Shown: positions 25,731-38,769 of the stretch, piece after piece
How the letters are laid out: every line of letters begins with the position of its first letter
How positions within the stretch are numbered: position 1 is the first letter of the stretch
DNA from: Octopus bimaculoides
Taxonomy: Eukaryota
Direction: 5' to 3'
Assembly (NCBI RefSeq): GCF_001194135.2
Contig: NC_068987.1
Location: 103,634,553-103,698,352, forward strand
Length of the DNA stretch: 63,800 nucleotides
Translations under genes and position numbers: made by a program
The notes under the pieces: model-generated
Seen by the model: the letters and a program-made list of their open reading frames with translations, nothing else
Told to the model about the DNA's origin: nothing
Databases searched by the model: none

Positions 25731-25939
25731 AGACAGATATTGATATCTAGAAAACCCAAAGAGTGTCAGGTAACGCTAAGTAAGTGCTATGGACAGACTG
25801 TAGTTAAACTGTTGGTTCGATAGTCATGCGAGTGAGGAGTCTAATGTGGGTCTTGTATTAGCATTCAAATATTTATTAGAGAGAATGGGATAACGAAGTC
25901 AAGGCTGTGAGGAGTTTTCAGAACATTAATAAGGAAATA

Positions 25940-25987
25940 GTCTTACAACTGTTTCTGGGATATTATGGATATCCCTTCATCAGAGAT
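25940..25987 (-). ncRNA. Minimal hammerhead-like motif (left arm)
   Basis: aTCT-CTGATGA-a-GGGATAT-ccata-ATATCCC-a-GAAAC-agtt-GTA-AGAc; stem II is a perfect 7 bp. Confidence 0.65.
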
Positions 25988-26343
25988 GGTGTGAGAAGGT
26001 TGGATTGAGGAAATATTTGAATTTGAATTATTATGGAAAAGGAGGACATAGGGAATATAGAGGGAAATAAGAGAATGAAAGTAGAAGTAAGATATATAAA
26101 GATATTGTAGTAGCAGTTCCGTTATCTGAGGAAAATGGTGTATAGAAGTGATAAAAAATTTTCCTGTACATGGTATATTAGTTCCAATAACAGTTCATGT
26201 TTAGTCACTTCGAGAAAGAAAAAGTTTCCACAGCTCCATACTTTGAAATGATTAAACATGAACTGCTACTGAAACTTACATACCATGTACAGGAAATTTT
26301 TTTACACCTTCTATACACATTCTCAGTTCAACCTTCTCACATC

Positions 26344-26391
26344 GTCTCTGATGAAAGGATATCCATAATGTCCCAGAAACAGCTGTAAGAC
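26344..26391 (+). ncRNA. Minimal hammerhead-like motif (right arm)
   Basis: GTCT-CTGATGA-aa-GGATAT-ccata-ATGTCC-ca-GAAAC-AGCT-GTA-AGAC; stem I gtct/agac, palindromic stem III ACAGCTGT, GUA cleavage triplet. Confidence 0.7.
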
Positions 26392-26456
26392 TATTTCCTT
26401 ATAAATGCCCTGAAAACTCCTCAGAGCCTTGGCTTTGTTATCACATTCTCTCTAAC

Positions 26457-26522
<66 letters not shown>

Positions 26523-26951
26523 ATGTGTTTGTGTGTGTGTGTGTGCGCCTTTCTGTCTGTGTTGGTCTCACTACCACCGCTTGACAACCAGTGTTAATGC
26601 GCTAACATNNNNNNNNNNNNNNNNNNNNNNNNNNNNNNNNNNNNNNNNNNNNNNNNNNNNNNNNNNNNNNNNNNNNNNNNNNNNNNNNNNNNNNNNNNNN
26701 NNNNNNNNNNNNNNNNNNNNNNNNNNNNNNNNNNNNNNNNNNNNNNNNNNNNNNNNNNNNNNNNNNNNNNNNNNNNNNNNNNNNNNNNNNNNNNNNNNNN
26801 NNNNNNNNNNNNNNNNNNNNNNNNNNNNNNNNNNNNNNNNNNNNNNNNNNNNNNNNNNNNNNNNNNNNNNNNNNNNNNNNNNNNNNNNNNNNNNNNNNNN
26901 NNNNNNNNNNNNNNNNNNNNNNNNNNNNNNNNNNNNNNNNNNNNNNNNNNN

Positions 26952-27134
26952 ACTATCACATATAGAAAAATTAATAATTAAAAGCACAATAAATGAGTAT
27001 AATATAAAGTAAAGTAAATATCATAATATTATATTATATTATATTATATTATATTTATCTTATGATATTTACTTTACTTTATATTATACTCATTTATTGT
27101 GCTTTTAATTATTAATTTTTCTATATGTGATAGT
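26952..27134. repeat. Perfect 75-bp inverted repeat with a 33-bp (ATATT)n spacer
   Basis: 26952-27026 is the exact reverse complement of 27060-27134; the left end abuts an N gap. Confidence 0.9.
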
Positions 27135-27590
27135 GGATTTTCATCGATGAGTTCTTGAAACTTGGTTATTTTCCCTAAAACTATATATATATATATATAC
27201 TCATGCATACAAACATGTGCATTCATACATAGATATATGCATACATGCATACATAAATATATGCATAATGTCTACATGCATGCATACATACATTCATACA
27301 TACATACACAAATACAGACATGCATATCAACACAGAGTAAGGAAAAAACAAACTGACAAAAGGTGTCCAGAGTTAAATTCATTTCGAAAATTCGATTAAT
27401 GAAAGATAAGGATAACTCAACACAGTTTATTGGCAAAGAAATAAAGGTGTATTAGAAACATCAGAACACTTCTAAATAGACTTTACTGATTGCATGCAGC
27501 ACATCTAAACGTTACAATACAAGAAATTGCAGAAATCGTAAAGGTAATTTATGAACTCACTGTATAGTTTCGAAGCGTTTTCTAGTGCAA

Positions 27591-27641
<51 letters not shown>

Positions 27642-28754
27642 NNNNNNNNNNNNNNNNNNNNNNNNNNNNNNNNNNNNNNNNNNNNNNNNNNNNNNNNNNN
27701 NNNNNNNNNNNNNNNNNNNNNNNNNNNNNNNNNNNNNNNNNNNNNNNNNNNNNNNNNNNNNNNNNNNNNNNNNNNNNNNNNNNNNNNNNNNNNNNNNNNN
27801 NNNNNNNNNNNNNNNNNNNNNNNNNNNNNNNNNNNNNNNNNNNNNNNNNNNNNNNNNNNNNNNNNNNNNNNNNNNNNNNNNNNNNNNNNNNNNNNNNNNN
27901 NNNNNNNNNNNNNNNNNNNNNNNNNNNNNNNNNNNNNNNNNNNNNNNNNNNNNNNNNNNNNNNNNNNNNNNNNNNNNNNNNNNNNNNNNNNNNNNNNNNN
28001 NNNNNNNNNNNNNNNNNNNNNNNNNNNNNNNNNNNNNNNNNNNNNNNNNNNNNNNNNNNNNNNNNNNNNNNNNNNNNNNNNNNNNNNNNNNNNNNNNNNN
28101 NNNNNNNNNNNNNNNNNNNNNNNNNNNNNNNNNNNNNNNNNNNNNNNNNNNNNNNNNNNNNNNNNNNNNNNNNNNNNNNNNNNNNNNNNNNNNNNNNNNN
28201 NNNNNNNNNNNNNNNNNNNNNNNNNNNNNNNNNNNNNNNNNNNNNNNNNNNNNNNNNNNNNNNNNNNNNNNNNNNNNNNNNNNNNNNNNNNNNNNNNNNN
28301 NNNNNNNNNNNNNNNNNNNNNNNNNNNNNNNNNNNNNNNNNNNNNNNNNNNNNNNNNNNNNNNNNNNNNNNNNNNNNNNNNNNNNNNNNNNNNNNNNNNN
28401 NNNNNNNNNNNNNNNNNNNNNNNNNNNNNNNNNNNNNNNNNNNNNNNNNNNNNNNNNNNNNNNNNNNNNNNNNNNNNNNNNNNNNNNNNNNNNNNNNNNN
28501 NNNNNNNNNNNNNNNNNNNNNNNNNNNNNNNNNNNNNNNNNNNNNNNNNNNNNNNNNNNNNNNNNNNNNNNNNNNNNNNNNNNNNNNNNNNNNNNNNNNN
28601 NNNNNNNNNNNNNNNNNNNNNNNNNNNNNAAGAAGAAGAAGGTGATGATGATGATGATGATGAAGAAGCTAGATATAAATAATAGTAATTAAAATATACA
28701 CACTACCATATGACTAAGTGTAATGGAAGCAAAACTAATAATGATGATAGAGTT

Positions 28755-28842
28755 TGAAGAAGAAGAAGAAGAAGAAGAAGAAGAAGAAGAAGAAGAAGAA
28801 GAAGAAGAAGAAGAAGAAGAAGAAGAAGAAGAAGAAGAAGAA
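28755..28842. repeat. (GAA)n microsatellite
   Basis: Direct tandem repeats. Confidence 0.95.
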
Positions 28843-29524
28843 GGTGATGATGATATTATCATTAGTGTAGGTCAATGGAAGTCAGAAATAGGGGAAAAGT
28901 TATTCACTAGGTCATATCTATCGGAGAAAATTATTCTATGACAATATTTAGAGAAACTCACAGAAGTAATTCAATATCAATCTCCTTCCTATGAAACATT
29001 CCTCTGAAGTTGGCTGTAGAGTCAGGTGACGATCATTTCTGAAAAATCTTGTAAAAATTCTAAACCACTTTCATACCGACCGCAAGGCTTAAAATATGAT
29101 TGTTACAATAGAAAGAAGGAAACCAGAGTGCTCCACTTGTGGTAACACTATCCCTCTAAGGGTTGTGTGTTTTCTCATTAAAGTATCATATCTTTCAATA
29201 AATATAACGAAGCAAAACAAGCAGCAACCACAACAGGAACTACAAGGGACTCAACAAGACCAGAAAAGAACAGAAACAACAACGGAAAAAAATAAGATCA
29301 CAATTACAGCAATAATGACTACAACAAACTCTCTTCTAATTTCCCCAAGAATAAGGAAATAATTGTGTACTAAGAATAAAGCATTCTTTCTTAGGAGACG
29401 AGCACATCAACGTCTTGATGCAGTGCAAGAAGGGGAAGATGAGCCTAGAGAAGAAGGTACTATGACTCAATGCGTAACTCAAAGGTAATGTATGACTCAA
29501 AGGTTCATCTCTCTGGAGAAGTAA

Positions 29525-29919
29525 CAAACATGATGCAGTTCGCAATTACGTAGATTGTGGTTTAGAATCACTGCACGACACTTTGGGCAAATGACTTCTA
29601 CAATTGACAAGTGACAATTGCCTTGAGAGTGAATTTGATAGACAAAAGCTTTTGGGAAGCCCGATGTGTGTGGGTGCAACTGTGTATGTTTGTGTGCGTG
29701 CATGTGTGTGTGTGTGTGTGTGCATCTTTGCGTTTGTGCTTGCCCCTCCTCGCTAACATTTGATAACCAATGTTCGTTTGCTTAGGTCCCCGTGACTTAG
29801 ATGCTTGGCAAAAGTGTTGATAAATAAGTACCACACTTAAAATTAAGTATTGGGGGTGAATTGTCTTCAGGATGGTGCAACAGCATGGTCGTAGTCCATT
29901 GATCGAAACGAGTAAAATA
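29525..29919 (+). mobile_element. SINE family B, old diverged copy
   Basis: CACTTTGGGCAAATGACTTCTAC...GAAGCCCGA...GTCCCCGTGACTTAG...GGTGCAACAGCATGGTCGTAGTC...GAAACGAGTAAAATAA. Confidence 0.75.
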
Positions 29920-30725
29920 ACGGTTTCAAATTTTGATCACAGATATGACTTTCGAATTTAAACGACTTCTGATTCAGACATGCCCCTCATTTGTAATGAA
30001 CATCAACGAAACACGGCTTTCAGAATTGCTGGAATCACATTTTTTTCCAGAATTTGGAATTACATTTTCCTATTGTCAGTTGTACGTTACTTTTATTTAT
30101 TTGTTTATTTCCAGAATTTGTAACAGCAGGAATTTGTACATTTTAGATTCTGATAGAAAAAAATGGAATATCCTGAGTCCCCAATCTCTGCATTAGACAC
30201 TATAAAAAGTGACTTATTCGCAAAATAATTCAGTTAGAACAATCAGGTAAATTAATACTACAGTTTTAAATATAAACTTTGTTTGACAAAAGAAATGACA
30301 AAATATTTAGGAGTAAAGTTTAATTTTGAGTTCTATATTTGCTATATTTTTTACGTATTTTGATGAAGTTCAAATTAAAATACCACCTGAAATGTTTAGA
30401 TGAAATATTTCTGAGCGAAATGAAGAGTGTCAGCATCTTCTTAAGGCAATTCCTCCAAAATATTGTGAATTCAGGTAGTTTGTTTATTATAGGTATTAAT
30501 CAACCTGGCAACGCCGAAAACTGCAACAAGCAATTATGTTGATAGTGTATCGATGATGCTTCAACTTTCAGTCAATAGTTAATCGAAAGGTATCTTTCCG
30601 TCTTTCTATCTTATTCTGCGTTTTGCTTGTTTCTCGTGATTAATTATTCTAGTTTTAATCGGAAGACCAAGGAAAACGTGTCTCCACTCTAATATACTTA
30701 TCTTTTAGCAAATACCTTCTCCATT

Positions 30726-30968
30726 GGAGGCGCGTGGCTTAGTCGTTAGGGTATTGGACTCACGATCATAAGATTGTGGTTTCGATTCTTGGACCTGACA
30801 ACGCGTTGTGTTCTTGAGCAAAATACTTCATTTCACTTTGCTCCAGTCCACCCAGCTGGTAAAAGTGAGTAATCTTGCGACGGGCCCTGCCTCTCATCCA
30901 GGTGGGGAAGATATACGCCAAGGAAACCAGTGGAACCGGCCTTTATGAGTCGGCATAACTCGAGAAGG
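30726..30968 (+). mobile_element. SINE family C (tRNA head plus CORE), tail type 1
   Basis: GGAGGCGCGTGGCTTAGTCGTTAGG...GGTTTCGATTC...GTGTTCTTGAGCAAAATACTTCATTTCAC...CTCCAGTCCACCCAGCTGG. Confidence 0.88.
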
Positions 30969-31492
30969 CAATTAGATTAGAGATAGAACCACCTTCGCCA
31001 CATATTTCATTTTCTATCTTCTTCCCTCTCTCTCTCTCTCCCAGTCCCCTGTTCAATTCAAACCTTCCCACAATTCTTTTCTGTCTTCTCATGATTCTAA
31101 TTATACCAGACATGCTTCATTCTTTTCTGATCTTGGATCTGATACCAATGATTTCCACCTCTGCTTTATTCTTTCTTTGTTCACGGCCAACATCCAACTA
31201 TTTTCCCTCAATTCTTCATAGCATTACATTTTGCACAATCGACCCCAGTTTGTTGCCGGTTATTTCAAGCTAATAGAACTAAATCGGCTTAATTCTCTCG
31301 GTTACTTCGTACTGCTTTCTGTTTGCCTTAACCACACGATAATTTTTTTTTTTTTTTTTTTTNNNNNNNNNNATTTTTTTTTTTTTTTTGTTTTCTCGTT
31401 TATTTTCGAATACTTATAGTCGTCCAATCCCATTCACTATTCCGAATATTATGAAGCAAGCTAACAAGTATGTTGATACATTCTCGATAGAT

Positions 31493-31494
<2 letters not shown>

Positions 31495-31566
<72 letters not shown>
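31495..31566. repeat. (TAGA)n microsatellite
   Basis: Direct tandem repeats. Confidence 0.95.
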
Positions 31567-31567
<1 letters not shown>

Positions 31568-32645
31568 CTTTCTTTTATTAGCCACACAGGGCTGCACACA
31601 GAGGGTCCAAATACAAACGTAGAGCTTTTCTTTAAAAAAAAAAATCCGATCAAAAGGGATCAGTAGGGGCAAAAAAAGATAGATAGATAGATGACAGAAA
31701 ACTGGATTAACGACATTATTTAAATTTACTACAATTATTTCGACGCATTGCTACACTTGTAGTACATAGGTGAGATGTGGTGCAATCATAATTCATCTTG
31801 CATCCAAGATGTAGAATGCGCTTCCTCTGGTGATTATTCAAATACGTCCTTCGTTAAATCAGGTAGCGAATAACTGTGTTCAAGCTTAATATATAATACA
31901 CACACACACACACACACACACAACGTGCGCGCGGTAGCGTGTGTACGTGTGCGTGTGTGTACGTGTGTAAAAAACGGTAGCAATTACTATTTTAAACAAA
32001 ATAGTCAATGAATCTGAAGTAGTTTGGATTTCATTAAAAACCAGTAAGCTTAGAATGTATATTATATGAGAAAAGTTTGAAGATTCACACATATATCTTA
32101 CGTGTGAATGTGTGTGAAACTCAGAGTAACATTGATGCTTTCCAACAACACTACATTGTGCATGCATGCATATGTAGATGGATGAATGCATGAATGCATG
32201 AATGCATGAATATATGCATGTATGAATGTATATATGTATGTATGTATGTGTGTATGTATTTATGTATGTATGTATGTATGTACGTATGTATGTATGTATG
32301 TATGAATGTGTGTATGTATGTATGTATGTATGAATATATATGTATGAATAAATATATACTTATGAATGTATGTATGTATGTATGTATGTATGTATGTACG
32401 TATGTATGTATGTATGTATGTATGTATGCATGTATGTGTGTGTGACTGTATGTATATATATATGCATGTATTTATTGGTGAATATATACGAGGATATTTG
32501 TGAGCGTATATGTGTAATTCGAACGTCTTTGTTTATCTACCTATCTACCTATCTAACTACATATATGCATATATACATACACATATATCTACATATCTAT
32601 TTATATATGTGTATATATGTATGTGGTTGTGCAAATATATTCGTG

Positions 32646-32683
<38 letters not shown>

Positions 32684-32870
32684 NNNNNNNNNNNNNNNNN
32701 NNNNNNNNNNNNNNNNNNNNNNNNNNNNNNNNNNNNNNNNNNNNNNNNNNNNNNNNNNNNNNNNNNNNNNNNNNNNNNNNNNNNNNNNNNNNNNNNNNNN
32801 NNNNNNNNNNNNNNNNNNNNNNNNNNNNNNNNNNNNNNNNNNNNNNNNNNNNNNNNNNNNNNNNNNNNNN

Positions 32871-32931
<61 letters not shown>

Positions 32932-33723
32932 TTCAACTCGTTAAAGCCACATCACAAGGAGCAATCCATTTATCACAATACATTCTTTTGAAGTCTCCTT
33001 GGTTGCCAACTTTCCTTCATATTGCACACACCACGTACACACACATACACGCAGGCCCACACTCACACCCCACAAGCACACGTATACCATCACGTGAGTG
33101 TACGTGCACGTGTGTATGTGTGTGTGTGTGTGTGTGTGTTTGTGTGAGTGCGTGAAACAAATGACTAAGAGTTGTAACCTTACTAAAACTGAAAACCTAC
33201 GGATTGAATTTAAGTACACGGAGACAGACAAAGAACCACGCACGAAAACGTTAACTTTTTATATGTAACAATATTGACACATCACGCAAATGTGAGCGCA
33301 CATAAATATATATATATACATACGTAAATAATATATACATACATAAATACATAACAACATATATATATATATACACATAGATATATGTGTATCTGGGTGT
33401 ATGTATGTATGTTGTATGTATGTATGTATGTATGTATGTATGTATGTATGTATGTATGCGTATGTATATATGCGAAAGAGCAGATATAAAACGCAAGACT
33501 ATACCGTTGTTCATCTCTAACATATTCTTAAAATTAAATATATATAAATATATATACATAGACTTACAAACACGCACGTACACAGACACAGATATATGTA
33601 TGTATAACTTTACAAAATTATAAATTTATGTTTAAAGCTACATGAATACGTGTGAAGGTAAGTGTGTGTGTGTGAGCGGGAGATTGGATACACGCATGAG
33701 TACACCTGAAATCTGTTTTTGTG

Positions 33724-33807
<84 letters not shown>

Positions 33808-33829
33808 TGACCGTTGACTGAACACTATT

Positions 33830-33990
33830 AAATTTTTTTTCTCCGTGTTTTTCTCCTTGTCTCCGTATTCTTTCTGTTGAAGAGCGTAGCTCGAAACGTC
33901 AAAGACTTTCCGTATTCCCGAGCGTCATACTAATATATACTTTTGTTATTTACACCACCTGTCCTCGTCTGTTGTTATTTTTTGTATATT
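33830..33990 (+). mobile_element. Short dispersed repeat (family H) with hammerhead-like motif, flanked by (TA)n
   Basis: Homologous to 47985-48140. Contains TCTTT-CTGTTGA-A-GAGC-gta-GCTC-GAAAC-GTC-AAAGA at 33869-33905. Confidence 0.8.
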
Positions 33991-33995
33991 CTCCC

Positions 33996-34026
<31 letters not shown>

Positions 34027-34559
34027 AATTTGCACGCGCGAACAATCACACACACACTCACATACACACACAAACACACACATTTGTGCACGCATGCTTA
34101 CGCACTAACTCGTGCACACAAACGCCATATTAATGAGAAGAAACTCATTCTCAAGCTATCTGATTCTACATCTAAAAAAACCATTCATCTCTATAAAAGA
34201 AATCTATGACTCATTATTACTACTATTATGATTGTGATTGTACCTATTGCTGCTGTTGGCTTTGTTGTTTTTGTTTAAGTTTTCGATAGCGTTGTTTCTA
34301 ACAGCATCGTAATCATCATCATCGTTTGGTTGATATTAATGCTTGATTTTATTTCAAGTTAAGTTGACTTCTGATGTCCCTTTGTGTTATCGCTGTTATC
34401 ATACATTTTACCTTCGACACGCGCACATACATACATACATACATACATTATATACGTATGTGATATGTGTATATAAATATATATATTATACATATATTTC
34501 ACATATAAATATATATGTATATATATATATGACAACAGTTTGACTCAGCCTCATATGAC

Positions 34560-34918
34560 AGAATTTTAAAGTTTCGGGGGCGCGTAGGGTGTGTATATCA
34601 TCCCTAAAAATTCGTAAGCTGAATCAACTGAAGAGATGTTGGCGTGGGCTCCACCCTTGCATCCGAAACTCGGAGTTTTATCTATTTTGCTAGAAAAAGA
34701 CCACCAATGGTCTGACCACTAAGAAACTATTGTTCTCAAGAAAATTCACAAACACCAGAGCGTAAGCGAGCAAAAGGGATGTCCACTTAGTGGTCAACTC
34801 TCTTATATATATGTAATATTTTTCTGAATCTTCAGATTTTTCAATTTGCTAGGCCACTGGTTTTAAATTGATATTAATCAAATTAATATTCAATTTTTCA
34901 CCCCTACTATTTAAATTT
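34560..34918 (+). mobile_element. Family F element with upstream hammerhead-like motif
   Basis: CTGAAGA-GATG...CATC-C-GAAAC-TCGGA-GTT at 34628-34677. Downstream TCCACTTAGTGGTCAACTCTCTTA...GCTAGGCCACTGGTTTTAA matches the family-F arms at 25366 and 63680. Confidence 0.65.
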
Positions 34919-35492
34919 NNNNNNNNNNNNNNNNNNNNNNNNNNNNNNNNNNNNNNNNNNNNNNNNNNNNNNNNNNNNNNNNNNNNNNNNNNNNNNNNNN
35001 NNNNNNNNNNNNNNNNNNNNNNNNNNNNNNNNNNNNNNNNNNNNNNNNNNNNNNNNNNNNNNNNNNNNNNNNNNNNNNNNNNNNNNNNNNNNNNNNNNNN
35101 NNNNNNNNNNNNNNNNNNNNNNNNNNNNNNNNNNNNNNNNNNNNNNNNNNNNNNNNNNNNNNNNNNNNNNNNNNNNNNNNNNNNNNNNNNNNNNNNNNNN
35201 NNNNNNNNNNNNNNNNNNNNNNNNNNNNNNNNNNNNNNNNNNNNNNNNNNNNNNNNNNNNNNNNNNNNNNNNNNNNNNNNNNNNNNNNNNNNNNNNNNNN
35301 NNNATAATGTATGGGTATATTTATTTTTTTATATATTATTGTTTTATATATTATTTTCTTCATTTTGTACTACTTTGTAAAAAACATTTTCATTCTCCTT
35401 CTTCTTGATAATTTGCTTTCGCAATGAAAACCGGTTAGAAATCTTTATTAAAATATGCTTCCAGTTTAGCATTCTGCCTTTTTTTTCATTTT

Positions 35493-35537
<45 letters not shown>

Positions 35538-35580
35538 GTATGTATTTATGTATGTATGTATATATGTATGTATGTATATA

Positions 35581-35981
35581 TTACTCTTTTACTTTTATTT
35601 GTTTCAGTTATTTGACTGTGGCCATGCTTGAGCATCGCCTTTAGTCGAACAAATCGACCCCTAGGACTCATTCTTTGTAAGCCTGATACTTATTCTATCG
35701 GTCTCTTTTGCTGAACTGTACGGGGTCGTAAACACACCAGCATCGGTGGTCAAGCGATGGTGGGTAGACAAACACAGACATACAAACATACACACACACG
35801 CACACACACGCAAACACACACATACACATATATATGTTCCATCTACCAGATCCACTCGCAAAGATTTGGTCGGCCCGAGAATATAGCAGAAGACACTTGC
35901 CAAAGGTGCCACGCAGTGGGACTGCACCCTAAACCATGTGGTTGGTAAGCAAGCTACTTACCGCACAGCCACTCCTGCGCC
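35581..35981 (-). mobile_element. SINE family B, full length
   Basis: Head GGCGCAGGAGTGGCTGTGCGGTAAG, CORE-like ACCTTTGGCAAGTGTCTTCTGC, (TG)n linker, and tail GCGATGCTCAAGCATGGCCACAGTCAAATAACTGAAACAAATAAAAG. Confidence 0.92.
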
Positions 35982-36455
35982 TATATATATGTATGTATGA
36001 ATATATGTATGTATGTATGTATATNNNNNNNNNNNNNNNNNNNNNNNNNNNNNNNNNNNNNNNNNNNNNNNNNNNNNNNNNNNNNNNNNNNNNNNNNNNN
36101 NNNNNNNNNNNNNNNNNNNNNNNNNNNNNNNNNNNNNNNNNNNNNNNNNNNNNNNNNNNNNNNNNNNNNNNNNNNNNNNNNNNNNNNNNNNNNNNNNNNN
36201 NNNNNNNNNNNNNNNNNNNNNNNNNNNNNNNNNNNNNNNNNNNNNNNNNNNNNNNNNNNNNNNNNNNNNNNNNNNNNNNNNNNNNNNNNNNNNNNNNNNN
36301 NNNNNNNNNNNNNNNNNNNNNNNNNNNNNNNNNNNNNNNNNNNNNNNNNNNNNNNNNNNNNNNNNNNNNNNNNNNNNNNNNNNNNNNNNNNNNNNNNNNN
36401 NNNNNNNNNNNNNNNNNNNNNNNNNNNNNNNNNNNNNNNNNNNNNNNNNNNNNNN

Positions 36456-36493
<38 letters not shown>

Positions 36494-36496
36494 TAA

Positions 36497-37490
36497 ATTC
36501 TTAAATCTTTAAATTGTTTCAGCTTCAAAGCTGCGGTCATGCTGGGGCACCACCGTTGACTGTGCTACACCGTTATTTGAAACCTCCTCTGATATATGGC
36601 ATTGGATGAATGAGTGAGTTTGATGCTGCTGCCCTCATCTGTGTTTCTGCCGTGAGGTAGGCTCATCTGGAACCTTTGACAGGAGATCCAGTCTTGTTCT
36701 GAAGGCACCTAGATACACACTATGCTGGTCTCTCAGGCATTTTGGAAGGACATTGAAGAGCTGTAGCCCTTGAAACCCAAGCTGTTGTAGTATCCAGTCC
36801 TGTATTTTGATGGAGACGCTAAGATTTTTGGCATTATGCAGTGACGCTCTGTTCTGCTCTTTGCATAACTTTCGATGCCAAAGTTTGATAGAAGACCTTC
36901 CTGGATTTTCCAGATGGATATCTCTGCATATATCTTTCCTGCCTTCATTCTAGGGAGAAGAGTTTTAATTCTTTCAGTCTTTCCCAATAACTGATACGTT
37001 GCATTGAGACGATGTTTTTTGTGCAGCTTCGTTTGTCCGCTTCGAGTCCCGCCGTTAATTTTATATTGTGTGGTGACCATAGTTGGGAGCAGTAGTCCAA
37101 GAAGCTAAGGACGTATGCCCCTCCAAAGGACCATTATTGTCTCCTTTTCGCTTGTTCTGAAAGTTCGGAGGATCCATCCCGCAAGCCGTCTGCGTTTTAT
37201 CACCATTTTATCACCATTTTATCATCATTGCTCATACCAATGCCTAGGTCACGCAATGATTTTGATTCAGGGATTGCAATTCCTTCTGGGCCATTGTATC
37301 CTGTCTGCTTGTCGTTCAGCAGTATGTGCTGGTAGCGCAGCGCTTGGAATTTTCCGGCATTAAACTGTATGTTGTTGTCCTCAGCCCACCTGTATATTGC
37401 GTCCAACTTCCGTTGCAGATGTGCAATATTTCCAGGATTTTGTATTGTTTGATAGACATTTGTGCCATCTGCATAACAAGGGTGGCTATC
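36497..37490 (-). mobile_element. CR1-group LINE, 5'-truncated 3' kilobase, decayed
   Basis: YADGTN (decayed YADD)...LQRKLDAIYRWAEDNNIQFNAGKFQALRY...LRDLGI; GWILRTFRT; LDYCSQLWSP...SYWERLKELKLFSLE*RQERY; IWKIQEGL; ends in a short TTAAAGA-like tail. Confidence 0.92.
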
Positions 37491-38663
37491 TGAGCAACTA
37501 GAACGATTAAACATAATGCACAGCAGAGTTTAAGGTCAATTGTTGCCAAGCGGCTTTACTCTGTGTGTTTTAGCTTCGTTACTATGGCAATAGTCCCGGT
37601 TACTTATTAATCAGACGTCGTATATTCACCTATACTGACATACATAATTGCATACATAAACTACAACTAATATTCGAATANNNNNNNNNNNNNNNNNNNN
37701 NNNNNNNNNNNNNNNNNNNNNNNNNNNNNNNNNNNNNNNNNNNNNNNNNNNNNNNNNNNNNNNNNNNNNNNNNNNNNNNNNNNNNNNNNNNNNNNNNNNN
37801 NNNNNNNNNNNNNNNNNNNNNNNNNNNNNNNNNNNNNNNNNNNNNNNNNNNNNNNNNNNNNNNNNNNNNNNNNNNNNNNNNNNNNNNNNNNNNNNNNNNN
37901 NNNNNNNNNNNNNNNNNNNNNNNNNNNNNNNNNNNNNNNNNNNNNNNNNNNNNNNNNNNNNNNNNNNNNNNNNNNNNNNNNNNNNNNNNNNNNNNNNNNN
38001 NNNNNNNNNNNNNNNNNNNNNNNNNNNNNNNNNNNNNNNNNNNNNNNNNNNNNNNNNNNNNNNNNNNNNNNNNNNNNNNNNNNNNNNNNNNNNNNNNNNN
38101 NNNNNNNNNNNNNNNNNNNNNNNNNNNNNNNNNNNNNNNNNNNNNNNNNNNNNNNNNNNNNNNNNNNNNNNNNNNNNNNNNNNNNNNNNNNNNNNNNNNN
38201 NNNNNNNNNNNNNNNNNNNNNNNNNNNNNNNNNNNNNNNNNNNNNNNNNNNNNNNNNNNNNNNNNNNNNNNNNNNNNNNNNNNNNNNNNNNNNNNNNNNN
38301 NNNNNNNNNNNNNNNNNNNNNNNNNNNNNNNNNNNNNNNNNNNNNNNNNNNNNNNNNNNNNNNNNNNNNNNNNNNNNNNNNNNNNNNNNNNNNNNNNNNN
38401 NNNNNNNNNNNNNNNNNNNNNNNNNNNNNNNNNNNNNNNNNNNNNNNNNNNNNNNNNNNNNNNNNNNNNNNNNNNNNNNNNNNNNNNNNNNNNNNNNNNN
38501 NNNNNNNNNNNNNNNNNNNNNNNNNNNNNNNNNNNNNNNNNNNNNNNNNNNNNNNNNNNNNNNNNNNNNNNNNNNNNNNNNNNNNNNNNNNNNNNNNNNN
38601 NNNNNNNNNNNNNNNNNNNNNNNNNNNNNNNNNNNNNNNNNNNNNNNNNNNNNNNNNNNNNNN

Positions 38664-38700
<37 letters not shown>

Positions 38701-38731
38701 CATATATATATTTACATATATACACATAGAA

Positions 38732-38769
<38 letters not shown>

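Larger units (their letters stand above)
25871..26460. mobile_element. PLE-type fold-back element with two outward-facing hammerhead-like motifs
   Basis: 25871-26002 is the reverse complement of 26329-26460, and about 26135-26205 is the reverse complement of about 26250-26320. The left arm carries about 130 bp of extra sequence. Confidence 0.8.
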
